From NCBI GenBank assembly GCA_047495785.1, contig JBLDXI010000025.1, positions 434,001 through 498,000 of the forward strand: 64,000 nt of DNA, given 5' to 3'. A program made the translations under genes and the position numbers. Below, one piece after another: positions 24,185 to 37,130 of this stretch. The stretch's first letter is position 1. Each line of letters starts with the position of its first letter. The notes under the pieces are model-generated. The model was not told where the DNA came from, did not search any database, and saw nothing but the letters and a program-made list of their open reading frames with translations. Source of the stretch: Lepidodermella squamata (taxonomy: Eukaryota > Animalia > Gastrotricha).

Positions 24185-25111
24185 GGTCGAGTGATTTCGC
24201 TAAAAAAAATTCACTACAAATTGTAGAATTCTAAATTCACTAAACAAATTCAGAGATAAAAAAGTTGAATAATGTTGCAAAATATTTTCAAATTTTTATT
24301 GCTATTTCAATGTTTTCAGACAAAATTCGAGAACTTTTTTCCTGATTTCAACGCGAATAAAACAATTTAAAAAAGGGCTGGAGGAGTAAATTCTCGTAAA
24401 CATGGTTTAAAAAACAATTTCTTCGATTTTCATTATTTTTTTAGATGAGTTGAAATATTAATTTGATACTTGGTAATTTGCCTTCAAATAAAATATATAA
24501 AAGTAATAAAACAAAATAGGTCAATGGATGAGCATTTGCTCGAATTCGGATGGGTACAAAAAATAATGCTAATTGGGTAATTTACTAGGATGACTTTATC
24601 AGTTGCTATCACGACGTAGAGTGCTCGGCTTTTCGCAACTGCTAGGATTCAGCACTCTCATGAATTATTATCACTAGCTCACGGCAGCAGATTAAACTAA
24701 AGCAATGTACAAAAGCTCTCTATTAAAAATGGCTATAGCGCGTAATTTTCTACACTGTTATGTTTTGCAATGAAATCAAGCCAAGTTTTGGCCTGGACCC
24801 AGCTGATAAGACCACATGGCTCAATGAAAGGTCGTGAAGATGGAGTGGTATTTATTTAGGCCAGATCGACAGATTTCGAGCGTTCTTAACTAGGAAAAAT
24901 ATGTTATTCCTGAAATAGGTAGGTATCACGCCATAAAAAAGTAATAGTATTAGCGTTTATATCGATGAATAATAGCAGTTGCCTGGGAATTATTTCATTG
25001 ATTAAATCCATAGAAAAGCATTAACGGATGAACCAATCATGAAACGTTAAAGAGGGGACGATATGGAAGAATATGATAGTGTAGGATATATAGGTTAGGA
25101 TTGGATAAGAT

Positions 25112-25163
25112 GAAAGGAAAGGAAAGGAAAGGAAAGGAAAAAAGAATAAGGAATAAGGAATAA
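25112..25163 (+). repeat. (GAAAG)n and (GAATAAG)n simple repeats
   Basis: Directly visible purine-rich tandem repeats. Confidence 0.8.
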
Positions 25164-25691
25164 AGGAGGTTGCTAGAATTGACGGTCAGGAATCAAGTAA
25201 AAGGAATGAATAGGAAAGGCAAAGAGATCGGAAGGAGATAACAATTACAAAAATTGCAATATGGCAATCTGGGCAGAGACATTATTCAATGCGGGCGACG
25301 GCAATAATAATGATTGGAGAAATTCAAATAATATAGTCCTTTTTGCATATAGTCGAAGTGATGTGATAAAAATCGCACACTTGTATTATCAAATTCGTTT
25401 TGAAATGTTTTTTTATCGAACTTTGAATCAGCGAATCTGAAATATACTATCCAGACAGTTGTTTTATGTCGTTTCAGAGTCTTTTATCATATTTTTACGA
25501 TCAATCTGCGCGAATAAATGTGTCTAGAAGATGCGCGCACTTGCGAGCCGAGGCGCCAACCGATGACCTGATATTATAGCGCCACATTGGTACGACAGAA
25601 TTAGCTTGTCTCCAGCGCAATTGATACAGTAAACCACACAAACAAATTTACTTAAATTTGACACTTAACAACATTTTAATAAAAACTTGAA

Positions 25692-28600
25692 ATGTTTTCC
25701 ATATCATCGATCGTTGTTTTTTGTACTTTTTTCGAAATTTCAGGTACAGGAAATTGAGATTAATTTATTAGTTTGTGATGTTTCGAATTTTCTTCTCAGA
25801 AAGTGTTGTTTGCTGGAACGCAAAATGTACGTGGGATGCCTCTCGCACGAATCGACTCTCGTGCGTCCGCGAAAGTGTTGCGCAATGCACGGGAACTTAT
25901 TGCGCGGTAAAAGGCGCTAAATCACATTTTTTCTACGTTCATAATTGTGTTTGAACTCAATTTTAGAGCAATTTCATTGCTTCGACAACAGAAGCGTTGC
26001 AATGCATCGACAATTTGCCGATGTTGAGCGGCATAACGTCGTGCAATTCTACGAATTATTGCATCTGTGACAATGCGATAACTGCCATTCCTTGCCGTAA
26101 GTTCCTAATTCCTAAACTTCAAACTTGACTAAACTCTAAACTTCCTAAAAACAAAAATTTAGGAAAATTTAACAAATATTAATCATTAATGCAAATATGC
26201 TTCATTTTAGACGTAAATTGTCGTTAGTTAATTCGATTTAAATTAGCAAATGATTTATTATGAAATAAATTAATTAAAAACCCCTGACAAAGCAGTCCAA
26301 AAGTTATTTTTCAAAACTACTTTTTCAATTTAAATGTTTTTCTGGCTCCAGGTTCTCAATTGCCACCTGTCATTTCGCTTTCATCGGGCGGCGTCGCTTC
26401 CAATATTCGAGTCAATGAAAATACGCCCATCAACACGATAGTAGCTGTTTTCAACGCTGTCTACGACCCATCTCTAGCTGCTTCTTTTGTTCTAACCACC
26501 CTGAGCGCTACGCCTGATCTTGTGTCATTCAACACTTATTTCCTAATCAATGGCTTCAGTAAGTTTACATTTTTGAGGGTATTATGTATTACGAGATACT
26601 TGAAATTTCATCGACAAAATTTGGATTAATTTGGCACCATTATTGTCAATTGGCGTCCTTACCACCTCTCGAATGGCTCAAGGCTCAAGGGGAACGGATT
26701 TTTAAGAAATTTTGCTTCCTAGTAGCTCTCAGGGGGTAAATCGGACATTTCGCAAAATTCGGAATTTTTTTAACCCCAGGTTGAGGGAGGGGGGGGGGGG
26801 GGTTGAGGGAAGTAATTTCCCCCTCCCCTCATAACCCTTTCGCACTCAGGGCACTGAAACATTGAGAGCTGGTTTTTACTTGCAGATCTGATTGTGAATG
26901 GCGCTTTAGACTACGAAGCGATGCGCGACGTCAACCGGCACGTCTTCACCGTCACGCTGCAAGCTTCAGTGACCGTCAACGCGGCTGCACTAACCTCTCA
27001 GAGCACATTCACAGTTACGATCGTCGACGTCAATGAACAGCCGAGCAGCTGCTTAGACAGCCAAAGCCTCGCCATTGCGAACAACGTAGCGCGGCAGGTG
27101 CCTGTGTCGTCGATGGCGAGTGCTCTGACGTTTCCGCAAAGTGTCGATTCGGCGACGTGCACGGATCCGGACAAGTATAACAACGATTACAGGGTCATAG
27201 GCGCGACGCTGACGAATCTCATTCGCAACTATACGGCCAACTGCACGGGCATATCATTCACGCCGACTACTACAACGCCGACCAGCACTGCGTCGAACCA
27301 GTGCAGCATTTACGGTAAGGAATTGAAACTTGAACAAGGCTGTTTACCCTTCAGTTCAAGCTGTTGCCAGCATGTAAGCATGTAAGATGTCAGAAACCTT
27401 TCGTAGCCATTCAAGCTTAGAAATACTGAAATATTGAAAGTGAAGTGGTACCATAGCTATCTTAACAGAAGGTTACAAAGCTTTTAGATTGTGTCTCGAA
27501 TTTGTTAGTCTTTCGGAAACGAAATTAAGTTCGACCATTTTTGAAAAGAAGTTGGTTCCAGGCTTGCGACGGATTCCCAATTCCAAGCTAAAGCGCACCT
27601 CAAATTACTACCAAAATTCAGATAAAAAGCTCAAAAATGTTAATTCCTTTTGGATTGCTATATAGAGGTAGCAATGACTTAGAATCTAACCTTTCCTTTA
27701 AACGGTAATTATTTTTTCGCGTTCATGTTTACTACTCAGCAATCAGTGGTGTCCAGTTGGTTTACAACCTACGCTCGAGCTATTCACCGATTTGGATCAT
27801 TACGCAACCGGATTCCGGATTCTCGCTCACAACAACAGCTAGCCTGTCGATAAATTACGCAGCATCTACAATTACATTCAACGCTAACACTCCGTTTTCC
27901 GTCAATTACACTGTCCCAAGCTGGCCTCCAGGTTTGCTATTATGATTGACACACCTCGCCTTCTTAGACTAGTAAATCCGCTAGTTTTACCTCTGGAAGT
28001 ATTCAACTTTGGGCTCTGGCTCGTTCGAACGCCGTATCAAACGAATATCGAGTACAACTACTGCTCAACATCAGTTTCAACAGCTTTGTCTCCTTTTTTC
28101 TCTCTCAGTCGTTATACTGGCAGTAAGTAGCTACTTGGCAGTCCCTCTCACTGAATATATTTATGACTCAATTGTTTAGAGCTCAATTTGAACTCGTCTG
28201 CGGTGATCAGCGGCTTTCCCTACACTGTATGCGTAATTGCGAACGAAGGAACGCTGACAGCCTCCAGAACTGTCTTAGTGACGGTGATTACGAACCAGCC
28301 GCCTGAAATCACGGTCACGCTTTCGTCCGAGGTCAACTACGAAGTCCCATTGATTGCCATAACTGAGTAAGAGAGTCTTGACATAAAGTTCAAAGCCAGT
28401 CTAAAATCTATAATAATACACAGAATTCGAAAAATATTGTTATTCAAAACCTTCAAAATTATTTGCTTCTTTCCAGTTTGAGGGTCGTTACAATCACCCC
28501 AAGCGTGCTATCTGGCACTGTTTCGCGCTTCATCTACTACATCAACAACTTTGTCTATGACTACGACGCTCAGTCATTCCGCCTCGATCGAGCTAACACC

Positions 28601-29569
28601 TCAGCTTATCTCACTATGAAGGCCTACACGCCGACAACTTCCTACACCAGCTTTGTCTCATTCAAAGTTGTAGCCATCGGAACAAACCCGTCCGTTCAAA
28701 CTACACTGATCACGCAGACTGTGAATATCACAAAAGTTACTAGTACCAACTACATTCCTTACATCGATGCAAGCTTTTTTATTTTAGTTAGGACTTATGA
28801 CCGAAATTATTCAATTTTTTAGGGAACCTACATTTCGCCGAAAATTACGCCAAGTCAACTGTCGGACTCAAGTTTGATCGGCGAGTTTTACGGCTATATC
28901 TACAGAGGCTCTGGAACTGGAGTTACATCGAACCCGAATCCACCGCCTACGATTTACCTGGACAGAAACGATCTTTTCTTCACTGTGCTCAATGAAACGG
29001 AAACGCCTGTTCTAATCAATAAGTTCTGGTTCAAATACAACATTCGTAAGCTGCTATTCCTAATAGCTATTCAATTTTATAATTTTTGAAAAAAGGAATT
29101 TACACAATGCCGAACACTCGGTTTGATTTCGGCCCGTTTCAGTTGAACATCAAGCTGTCGGATGTTTACTCGACCAGCATTAAGAATGTTACCTTCACGA
29201 CGGTTGTTGATCCAACAGATCCCTTCCTGGCTACGGATAGCTATCAGTTCAATTTTTGCTATGCCTGCGATGGCTGCGACATCGCGTTCGTCGGCATCCC
29301 GCAACGCTGCTCCATCAATGACACGTATTGCTGCGTAAGTACTTTCTTACTTTAACATGTCCGAAGTTGAAGTTTCCTGTTCAAAGTCTCGATGGGAGAA
29401 AGGAGGAAGGTCGAGTCGTTACTGTTCGAGCATTTTCGACTACAGTGATATCGTAACATGCTGCCAGGGCAAATTGTGTAACACCTCAACGTATCCGAGC
29501 GGCTTTTGGATGGCAATCTACGTCGCTGTTTTCGTTCTTTCAGTTAACCTTTTGGTTAAAAACTTATAA
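25692..29569 (+). CDS. Surface protein with cadherin-like repeats and a C-terminal Ly6/uPAR (LU, three-finger) domain, probably GPI-anchored; about 11 exons
   Basis: Exons 25692-25743, 25992-26096, 26352-26558, 26886-27314, 27740-27931, 27973-28122, 28180-28366, 28477-(28768 or 28786), 28823-29045, 29096-29334, 29387-29569 are phase-compatible. Signal-like MFSISSIVVFCTFFEISEA; cadherin motifs VNENTP, LDYE, DVNEQP, DPD; C-terminal CYACDGC...CC...C...CCQGKLCN plus a hydrophobic tail. Confidence 0.75.
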
Positions 29570-29977
29570 AATATCAAATCAACGTTGAATAGGATACTCA
29601 GAATCGAACATATATGCCGATTAAAAATAATGCTGCGAAATCGATGTTTTTCATTATATTTCATAACATGTCAGTGAATGCTCAGTTCGACCTGCAAAAA
29701 ACTGTGCGACTGCTAAATTTGAAATATTGGTGCCGACTAGTACGGGAAGTGACATTCACGATCCACGAACTAGGATTTTTTGAGCCCCAGTATGTACTTG
29801 GCATATGTATGTACTACTGTAGAATAGAAATCTTTGTCTGATTTTTATTTAGATATTCGATAAGGAAATTGTTATAATTCACGGTTCGGGACATCAGGCA
29901 TTTCAAAGGCGAGCGAGAATTGTTTTACGGTTGTTTCTTATTATGAAAGACATTCAATTGCAGAAAATGCATCCGCT

Positions 29978-31343
29978 TTAACGGCGTCGACACACGCACA
30001 GAAGCGTGACAACTAGAGCGATAACAGCTACTGCCACGATCGAGCCAACGATAGCTGCTACAACTCCAGCTGACAAATCCTGCAAACGTTCCATGCGGCT
30101 GTCTTGCGAATTTTCCGCCGTTTTCCATTGAGGAGTCTCCACCTTGCCACTTCTAAGACCAGTATTCCGTATGTCGTCGTAGTAGTCCTGGTACATCCCG
30201 AAGCTCGGCAGTTCAGGCCGCTTTGTCGTTGTTACTATCGGCTCTGGAGCAGGCTGGAGTTCGCATTTTCCATTGATAACCCATCCGCTTTTCGTACACC
30301 TAACAACGTTTCGACCGCGGCTAACGTAGCCACGGTTGCAGTAAAACGCAACTTGCAGGCCTGTCGCGACACTTCTAACAAGTTTCGCAATGATTTTACC
30401 GAAACTGCGATAAATAGCGTTTGGAACGTCAGGTAGAAGGGCCAGTGGGCATTTCGAACAGCTCAAATCCTTAAAAAGATATGTCATGGTAGGATAGGAG
30501 TTTTTTCAAGTTTTTACCTCCCGACAATCGCTTGGCTCGCACGAAATGTCGCTGGGATGGAATCGCCACGAGCCGTCTTTCAAGCATGCGTTTCGCCTGG
30601 TCTCGTTATTAGCCAACTGATAGCCTTCGTCGCAGAAGACAGTAAGATTTGTGCCGCCACGAACGATGGAACCCAGTTTGACTCGTTCGCGATTCCAGCG
30701 TAACATGTAGCCATTTGTAATTCCGACGGCAAGACACTATAATGGGTGAGGAAACAGGCTCAATTTGACATTATTACAAAGAAATCTTAATTTCGATTAA
30801 CGTAAGTCTACAAACTTCTTGCGATTTACTGAAAAATCTCTCTTATAAGCTATAAGCCCTCTTCTCACTTATGTACCCTGTTGTGAATTGTCTTACCCAA
30901 GGCGTTGCTTGCTCAACGCATTTGCCGAGTGGTGGCACCAGAGTACCATTGCTTGAGCAAGTGCTCACGTCTGATCCGTCTACTATTGTGTCCGAGAGTG
31001 AGACACATCGAATGAAAACTTGCGTCCCTGCGAGAACGTGAGCTCCTGGGTAGCCGATAGGCCCGTCTCGGGATCCCACTCGCACGGGCGTATTCGTCCC
31101 ACACGGCAAACGGCATCTAGTAAACTGTAAGGGAAATTCATTTTATATTGAGACTTAAGACGGAAAATGTGGTCTAGCATATTGATTCTGGATTACCAGA
31201 GACTTGATCTCTTTAATTATTGGATAATCGTTCCCTATGGGAAATTCCAGAATTCTTACCGTTTCCTCGGCATAAGCAATTGAAATTTCGAATAAGATAA
31301 TTGCGACGATGGGCAAGATGAGCCCAGGTGCAGCGAACGCCAT
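29978..31343 (-). CDS. Type I membrane protein with three CCP/sushi domains and a very short tail; 4 exons (31343-31260, 31124-30897, 30736-30518, 30469-29978)
   Basis: Signal peptide MAFAAPGLILPIVAIILFEISIAYA; CCP motifs such as FCDEGYQL...C...GSW and YCNRGY...C...GW; TM helix followed by CVCRRR. Confidence 0.8.
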
Positions 31344-32131
31344 TATCACAGGCGTGAAACTCGAGGTAATGAGTGAAAACAAAAGCTTTATGATGCGAAC
31401 CCTGCCATTAAAAACTTGACTGCCATGAGATAAAAATGCACGAATCTACTCATGGGCATCCTGTTAATGGCCACCGTTTTTTGGTTAATACCTTGTTGTG
31501 CCATCGACCATTCATAACCCTGCCGGGCACTCTTTTGTTTCGACTGCGCTGCGATGGTGTCGCATTTATACACTGCGCGAAACTGTAACGTGTTATGTTG
31601 CAACAATTGTCAAGATAGAATAATAAATCCACGGCTATACTCTTCTTCACTTAATTGAAACGAAAATTGATGTACACAAGTGATGAAATCAATAGTGATA
31701 AGATAGTGATGCTCAGCGGAGGGTTCGCCTTTTAACACCTGTTACCATTTTAATCCGGAAAAATCCACAGATTGTTGTAAGTTGTAAAAAAAAGATTTTG
31801 CTTCGTCAATTTTGCCGATGAATCTCATCTTCTGACTATCTCAACTGCGTTAGTTGAAACAACTCTGAAACCACATCACTGGAGCCACAATGGCTGAGAT
31901 ATTTGCATGCGCACGTGAAATATCAGTGGCGATTGATATAACAGGGCGCTTCCTATTCATTGATTTTTCGATAACTGCAAACTGCCATGTTACCGCTGCG
32001 GAGCTAATATTTACTGAAACGGCATTCAGCGGAAATCGAGGCTCAACAGCAATATCCCATGGCAAACAAACCTGGGGTAAAGCGAAACCAAATGCGCATC
32101 ACCAGACGATCCTCTGAAAAAGCTTAGCGCC

Positions 32132-33054
32132 ATGAATACTGTGTATATTATCTTGGTTATTCTCAGCCTGATTCACTTGTCTCATCAATCTAATAAGACA
32201 GCAGCAATTATCAACTCTGTGCTAAAATGGAGTGGAATTACTCCTGAGAGAAGCTACTACTCAAGTAAAAATTAATATTGCAGCAAAAATATGTAGACAA
32301 TTCTCTGATTTAGACATCACAACGCTGCTAACATGCAGCGATTTGGCAGTAAACGGGACATTTCTGCCGAAGAATGGCAAATTTTTGATGTACGACGAAG
32401 TTCACTCAAGTGTGAAGAACACTCTAGTTTTCGAAACCTTGAAAATATACGCTGCATCTGGACTCCACGCGACTTTGATCGACGTGATTAATGTGGATTA
32501 CAAGTAAGAATTATGTCCTATACTATTGCTTGTTTTTAACATGTTGCTACTTCTAGTTCTACAACGAATATGTTCGAATCATCCATCATCAGTTACGTCG
32601 CCTCCGAAGCTCGATTGGAAGCGAAAACAGTTCAGGAAATGTTGAAGAAGGGACTTCAAAATATGACAACGGAAGGTGCTTTGAAAGATGTTTTCGGCAA
32701 AGGTCAACGCGTGGCGATAACAGTAACTGGATTTTCTGTTATTCTCACGCCTGCTAATTACTTGTCGATTTTCTCATGTGAGTTGCTAAATCGCATCGAA
32801 TTTCGAGCTCATTTTTATATGAATATTCAGCTCCGCTCGGCATCGGTATTTTCACGACTCTATGCGTCGGTCTCCTTTTAGCTGCGCTCTCAGCTCTTTG
32901 CGGCTGTTCTTACGAGCGGAAGAAAGATCTGGCCGGGACACGCCTGGTTGACAATCGCGTCACGGCTCAGTGGAACAATAGCATGACGCGGAATTTTAAT
33001 CCCAATTTCAATAGCGAGGACCACCATGTCCCAGTTGCCGTGGCCTGGGATTAG
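32132..33054 (+). CDS. Uncharacterised type I membrane protein (possible SEA-like ectodomain), about 4 exons
   Basis: Signal-like MNTVYIILVILSLIHLS; short GT-AG introns link the 32232 and 32570 ORF pieces to a TM segment (LGIGIFTTLCVGLLLAALSALCGC) and a tail containing NFNPNF. Confidence 0.62.
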
Positions 33055-34973
33055 GAAACTGAAACGAATTCATTAGATTCGCGAATAAATGCCGTTAACG
33101 ATACAGTGATGCCAATCTGTTTTAGTGGAATAAAAGATATCGAGTGGTCGAATGTCATATCATTTAATCTTTAATCTGAACTCATGGATTTCGTTTGCGA
33201 TAATTGTCCTGCTAATCGAAATCTTGTTTGTGGAGACACTTCAAACATTCAGTAAATTTTGAATTTGCCCTCGGAATTTTTCTGGTGTTCGATATTCTGG
33301 ATTTTTGGCGAAGTCTAGATACGTGCTACCTGTCAATCTATAATTATCTCTGCAATGATTTTTAAGATCCTTTCTTTTGACTCCATGAGCTCGCTCCAGA
33401 CTCATTTTGCATTATACAGACCAGTTGCGGCCCTTGCGGGTCCGAAGACACAATCCTCGAGTGCGTACCACCCGATACCGGGGTTCCCTCCCGCCTGGTG
33501 TGGGACGCCATTTAACGACATGCAAGATATGGCTACTAAGCACATAAAAGCCTGGGGACATACGCATTGTGATGATGTCTGATACCAAATGCTAAATTTC
33601 TAAAGAAAAAACGCTTTAAAAAAAGAGTATGGTTATGAGTATTACTGATAGGGGGAGAAGCGATCTGTATATTATGATCATGCCATAGCAATACTATTAC
33701 GCCAGAACCGCCCGGCAAATGTGTTTAACCAGCTTGAACGTGAGCTATTTCGCCATTCAGCGGATAGATATGAACGCAAGCACATATCGATGTAAGTACG
33801 TGAAGTATTATGACCGAAAAGAATAGCGGCATTGAATTAGACTCGTAACGTAAGAAGGAGCGAAATGAGAAATATCGAGCTAACAAGTTTAAAGGAAAAC
33901 TTTTCGTCGCATATATGCAGGGAGGCAGTAGCCTTGTGTAGCCAAGCATTGAGAAACTACGAGAACTTCTGCATCGAGTGGAAAAATTGATTTTAAAAGC
34001 GACCAAGGGCAGACTTGAAAAGCAGCGTTCGAAATATTTTTTCGAAACTGGAGTGGATTGGAAATTTCTCAAGTTGACAACACACGCAATGTTCGACCTG
34101 TCGAAGGCTTAAACTTTCATTATAAATAGAACGAAAGGAATCGACATTAGAATTTATGCAGAAAATTTGATGAAAATAACTGTCCCCGAAGGATGGAATG
34201 GTTGGTTTCCAGCTTTACCGATACCCAGTTACTTCTGCTAATCAGCTAGTTCATTGGCTGTAAAAGAAGAAAAGCATTTGATTCTTCGGTTTCCTATGCT
34301 TGAAAACTACACATAGACAATTCGATAGTATCAGAAAGGGATTTTATTATTGAACGCGGTAATTTTTCAAGCATTTCAGAGCAATCAGATCAAAAGATTT
34401 CTCCTGTGATTTGACGCAAATCAGATTTTCGAGATTTTGGATGGGGCGGTTAGCTGCATACGTTCGGATCTAAATCCCAAGTGCATCCGTCATAGTTTGC
34501 CCTTTCTGCAAATTCGATGAAAATTTTGGCCAATGAAACTCATCTTCCATCTCTATGCGCTCTTTTTGAATATGAACGTATACTGTAACAAAAAATTCTT
34601 TCCTCATAGAGTTTCTGATTTTCATCATTTTGATATTCTGCTGAATTTTATCTTGATCTCAAGGCAAAGCCATCAACTAGAAGTACAAGTTGCACTTTTT
34701 CGCCGTCCTACTTCCATTTTATCGTCGTGAAATTGGTGCAAAGAGTCTATAATTATCTTTCATGAGCGCCGTTATAAAACAAACAATAGTCCGAAAAGAG
34801 ACAAAGAGATGTTGAGCATTTTTAGCATCAAACTTCTGCGTTATAATGTGTTTTGTCAAAAACCTCAAAATAGGGCGTTGTCCCACTGGCCTATATAATA
34901 CACCCCGAGTTCTGTTAATTCGCATTATTCCTTTCCAGTCTACCCTGCGGATTATTTCATCTTTGCTGAAACA

Positions 34974-36082
34974 ATGGCTGTTCTTTTCATCCTATCGGCT
35001 TTCGTTGGACTCGCTGCAGCCCAACAGCAATACTACGCTACGAAGGGTTCTTCAAATTGCGACATCACGCGAATGAGATCTGGCGCTGACGCTTCGGTGT
35101 GTCCAGGAGGATTCGCTAAAATTATAACGTCTGCAGACTTGATGAACGCCGCCAGTGCTCTTACAGCCGTACAGGCATCAGCAGATGACATATTCGGCAT
35201 CGGATTGCAACTTTCCGTTCCCCCCAATTCCCTGATGGGAACTTGGCAATGTAAGGCTTATTTTGAGATAAGAATGCGTAATTATTTCAATTTCTATTGG
35301 CAGGGTTTGACGGAACAAATGTAGACATGTCGGCGCTGGGCACAAATATCAACATGGGTTCCTACACTATGGCAAGCCAAAACCTATGTGTGGGTGTCAA
35401 AACTTCGGCTTGGCCACCTCTGGCTTTCTACGCTATTAATTGCTCGTATAGCGACATTCAGGTGATTATGAAGAATAATGGTGCCATGACTTGCAATTAC
35501 CTGTGCTCGGGTAAAGCGCCAACGGCCACCACCACCCCTAAAACCATCAGCGCTGCCCCGGCCCCGCAGGGCACGGTTGGTGTATATTGTCTTTTAATGA
35601 CAGCGCTCTTTGAGAAAACATTAAATTTACACAGCCCAAGTATTATGTAACTCAAGTTATGGGTCCCTACATCATGAATCAATGTCCTAATAACAATGCC
35701 GCCACCATTCTGACCAAAGAGGACAACGATCTGGCTGTAAAGCTTATAAACAACTCTCCTGGCTTCTTTTGGATCGGCCTCTACAACACTGGCATGAGAC
35801 CAGTCGGTAAGAATGGCTGGGTCTGTAAGTTTTTTCCAGCTTGAACTCTGCCCATTCGATTTTCTCTGACTGTATTAAGGGGCTGATGGCACGCCTTACA
35901 GCAGCAACAACTACATCAACTGGGCGCCGGCCATGGGCTACAAAAATCCGCAAGACAACTCACTGGGCTTCGCCGCAAATCAGGCGATGGCGCTCAATGC
36001 TCAGGGCCAGTGGACTGCTGTAGACCAGACGAAGCCTGGCAGGTTTTTGTGCAACAGTGCAACTAAAACGGCTTCCGGTTAG
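34974..36082 (+). CDS. Secreted protein with two C-type-lectin-like domains separated by a Thr/Pro linker; about 4 exons
   Basis: Signal peptide; FGIGL and FWIGL motifs, W-x-DG, INW, terminal YLC/FLC; introns split the equivalent Trp codon in both domains. Confidence 0.75.
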
Positions 36083-37130
36083 AGTTGAATGGGCGTTATT
36101 TGTGAGCTGAGTTGACGTGAGAAGCTTCAATAGATTGAGGGAGGCAAATCAATTCAGTTGATGTGGAATAAAAGGTTTCGAGTGACTGAATCTCGCATTT
36201 TTTCTCCAAGCCCCTGATTTTCTGTTGAACCTTATTGTTCAGCTAATCTAAATCTTTTCAGGGAACTTTTCAGCTGAGACCATTGACACACTAAGGAACA
36301 TTCCATTTTCCGTATTTGAACTTAGCCTTTAGCCTCGGAATTGTATTGCTGGTGGTGACAATATGTGGTATTGGATTTATATGCTAAGTATTAAATGCGG
36401 TAATCACTTATATATGCTGGAATTTGGATCGAAAACAAGCTGTGGCCCGAGTCTTTATTTATTTATTTATTTTCTGATGACCATAGTGTTTGAATTGTTT
36501 TCCTAAAACTGCTGCTAAAATTGCACCACGCGAACACTGGTGACCATTCACCAGTTTTCACTGCTCGGTGGCGCTGCGCATGGGCAGGAAATACAATTTG
36601 GTTTATCACGGGCGCCGCCGTTCACAAAATCGAAGGAAAAAAGATCCCATGAGTCGCGTTCATCGCTCTACATCGCGTAATAGTCGGTGTAAGAGTAACT
36701 CGCGTGAAATTTTATTTACTCGTAGAGTCAAAGACAAATTTGAAATTTTTCAATATTATTGAGGCTATGCGAAAGAAATCACTAATGTGCGATGTTGATG
36801 ATTTTTTCGTAATTAAGTAATTGAATAAAAAGCAGCCAATTAATGAATTGATTATTTATTAGGTTATAGGTTTTCACCCGTGTTTTCATTATTACAATGT
36901 AAATTATATTACAGTATGGGGCATAAATATCGAGCCGACTTTATTTATTCACAGCGCGGTCATTTCGGCTCCGATTTTCATATATCTTAGACCGCTGGAA
37001 AGCCCATGGAACTAATTTAAACCCCTAATAATTAATAAAGTTTTCGCGTACTTTATCTCTTCAATGATTTTTTAAATCCCTTCTTTTGATTCTGGAAGTT
37101 TTTGACCCAGATTAATGCATCGCCTCAGAC

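Noticed and set aside
26775-26840. Poly-G / G-quadruplex-like tract in a cadherin gene intron
   Set aside because: Short low-complexity tract of unreliable homopolymer length, with no evidence of function.
29978-31343. CCP protein as a LEV-9-like receptor-clustering factor
   Set aside because: Only the domain type and proximity support this; the architecture (3 CCP + TM, no WAP domain) differs from LEV-9.
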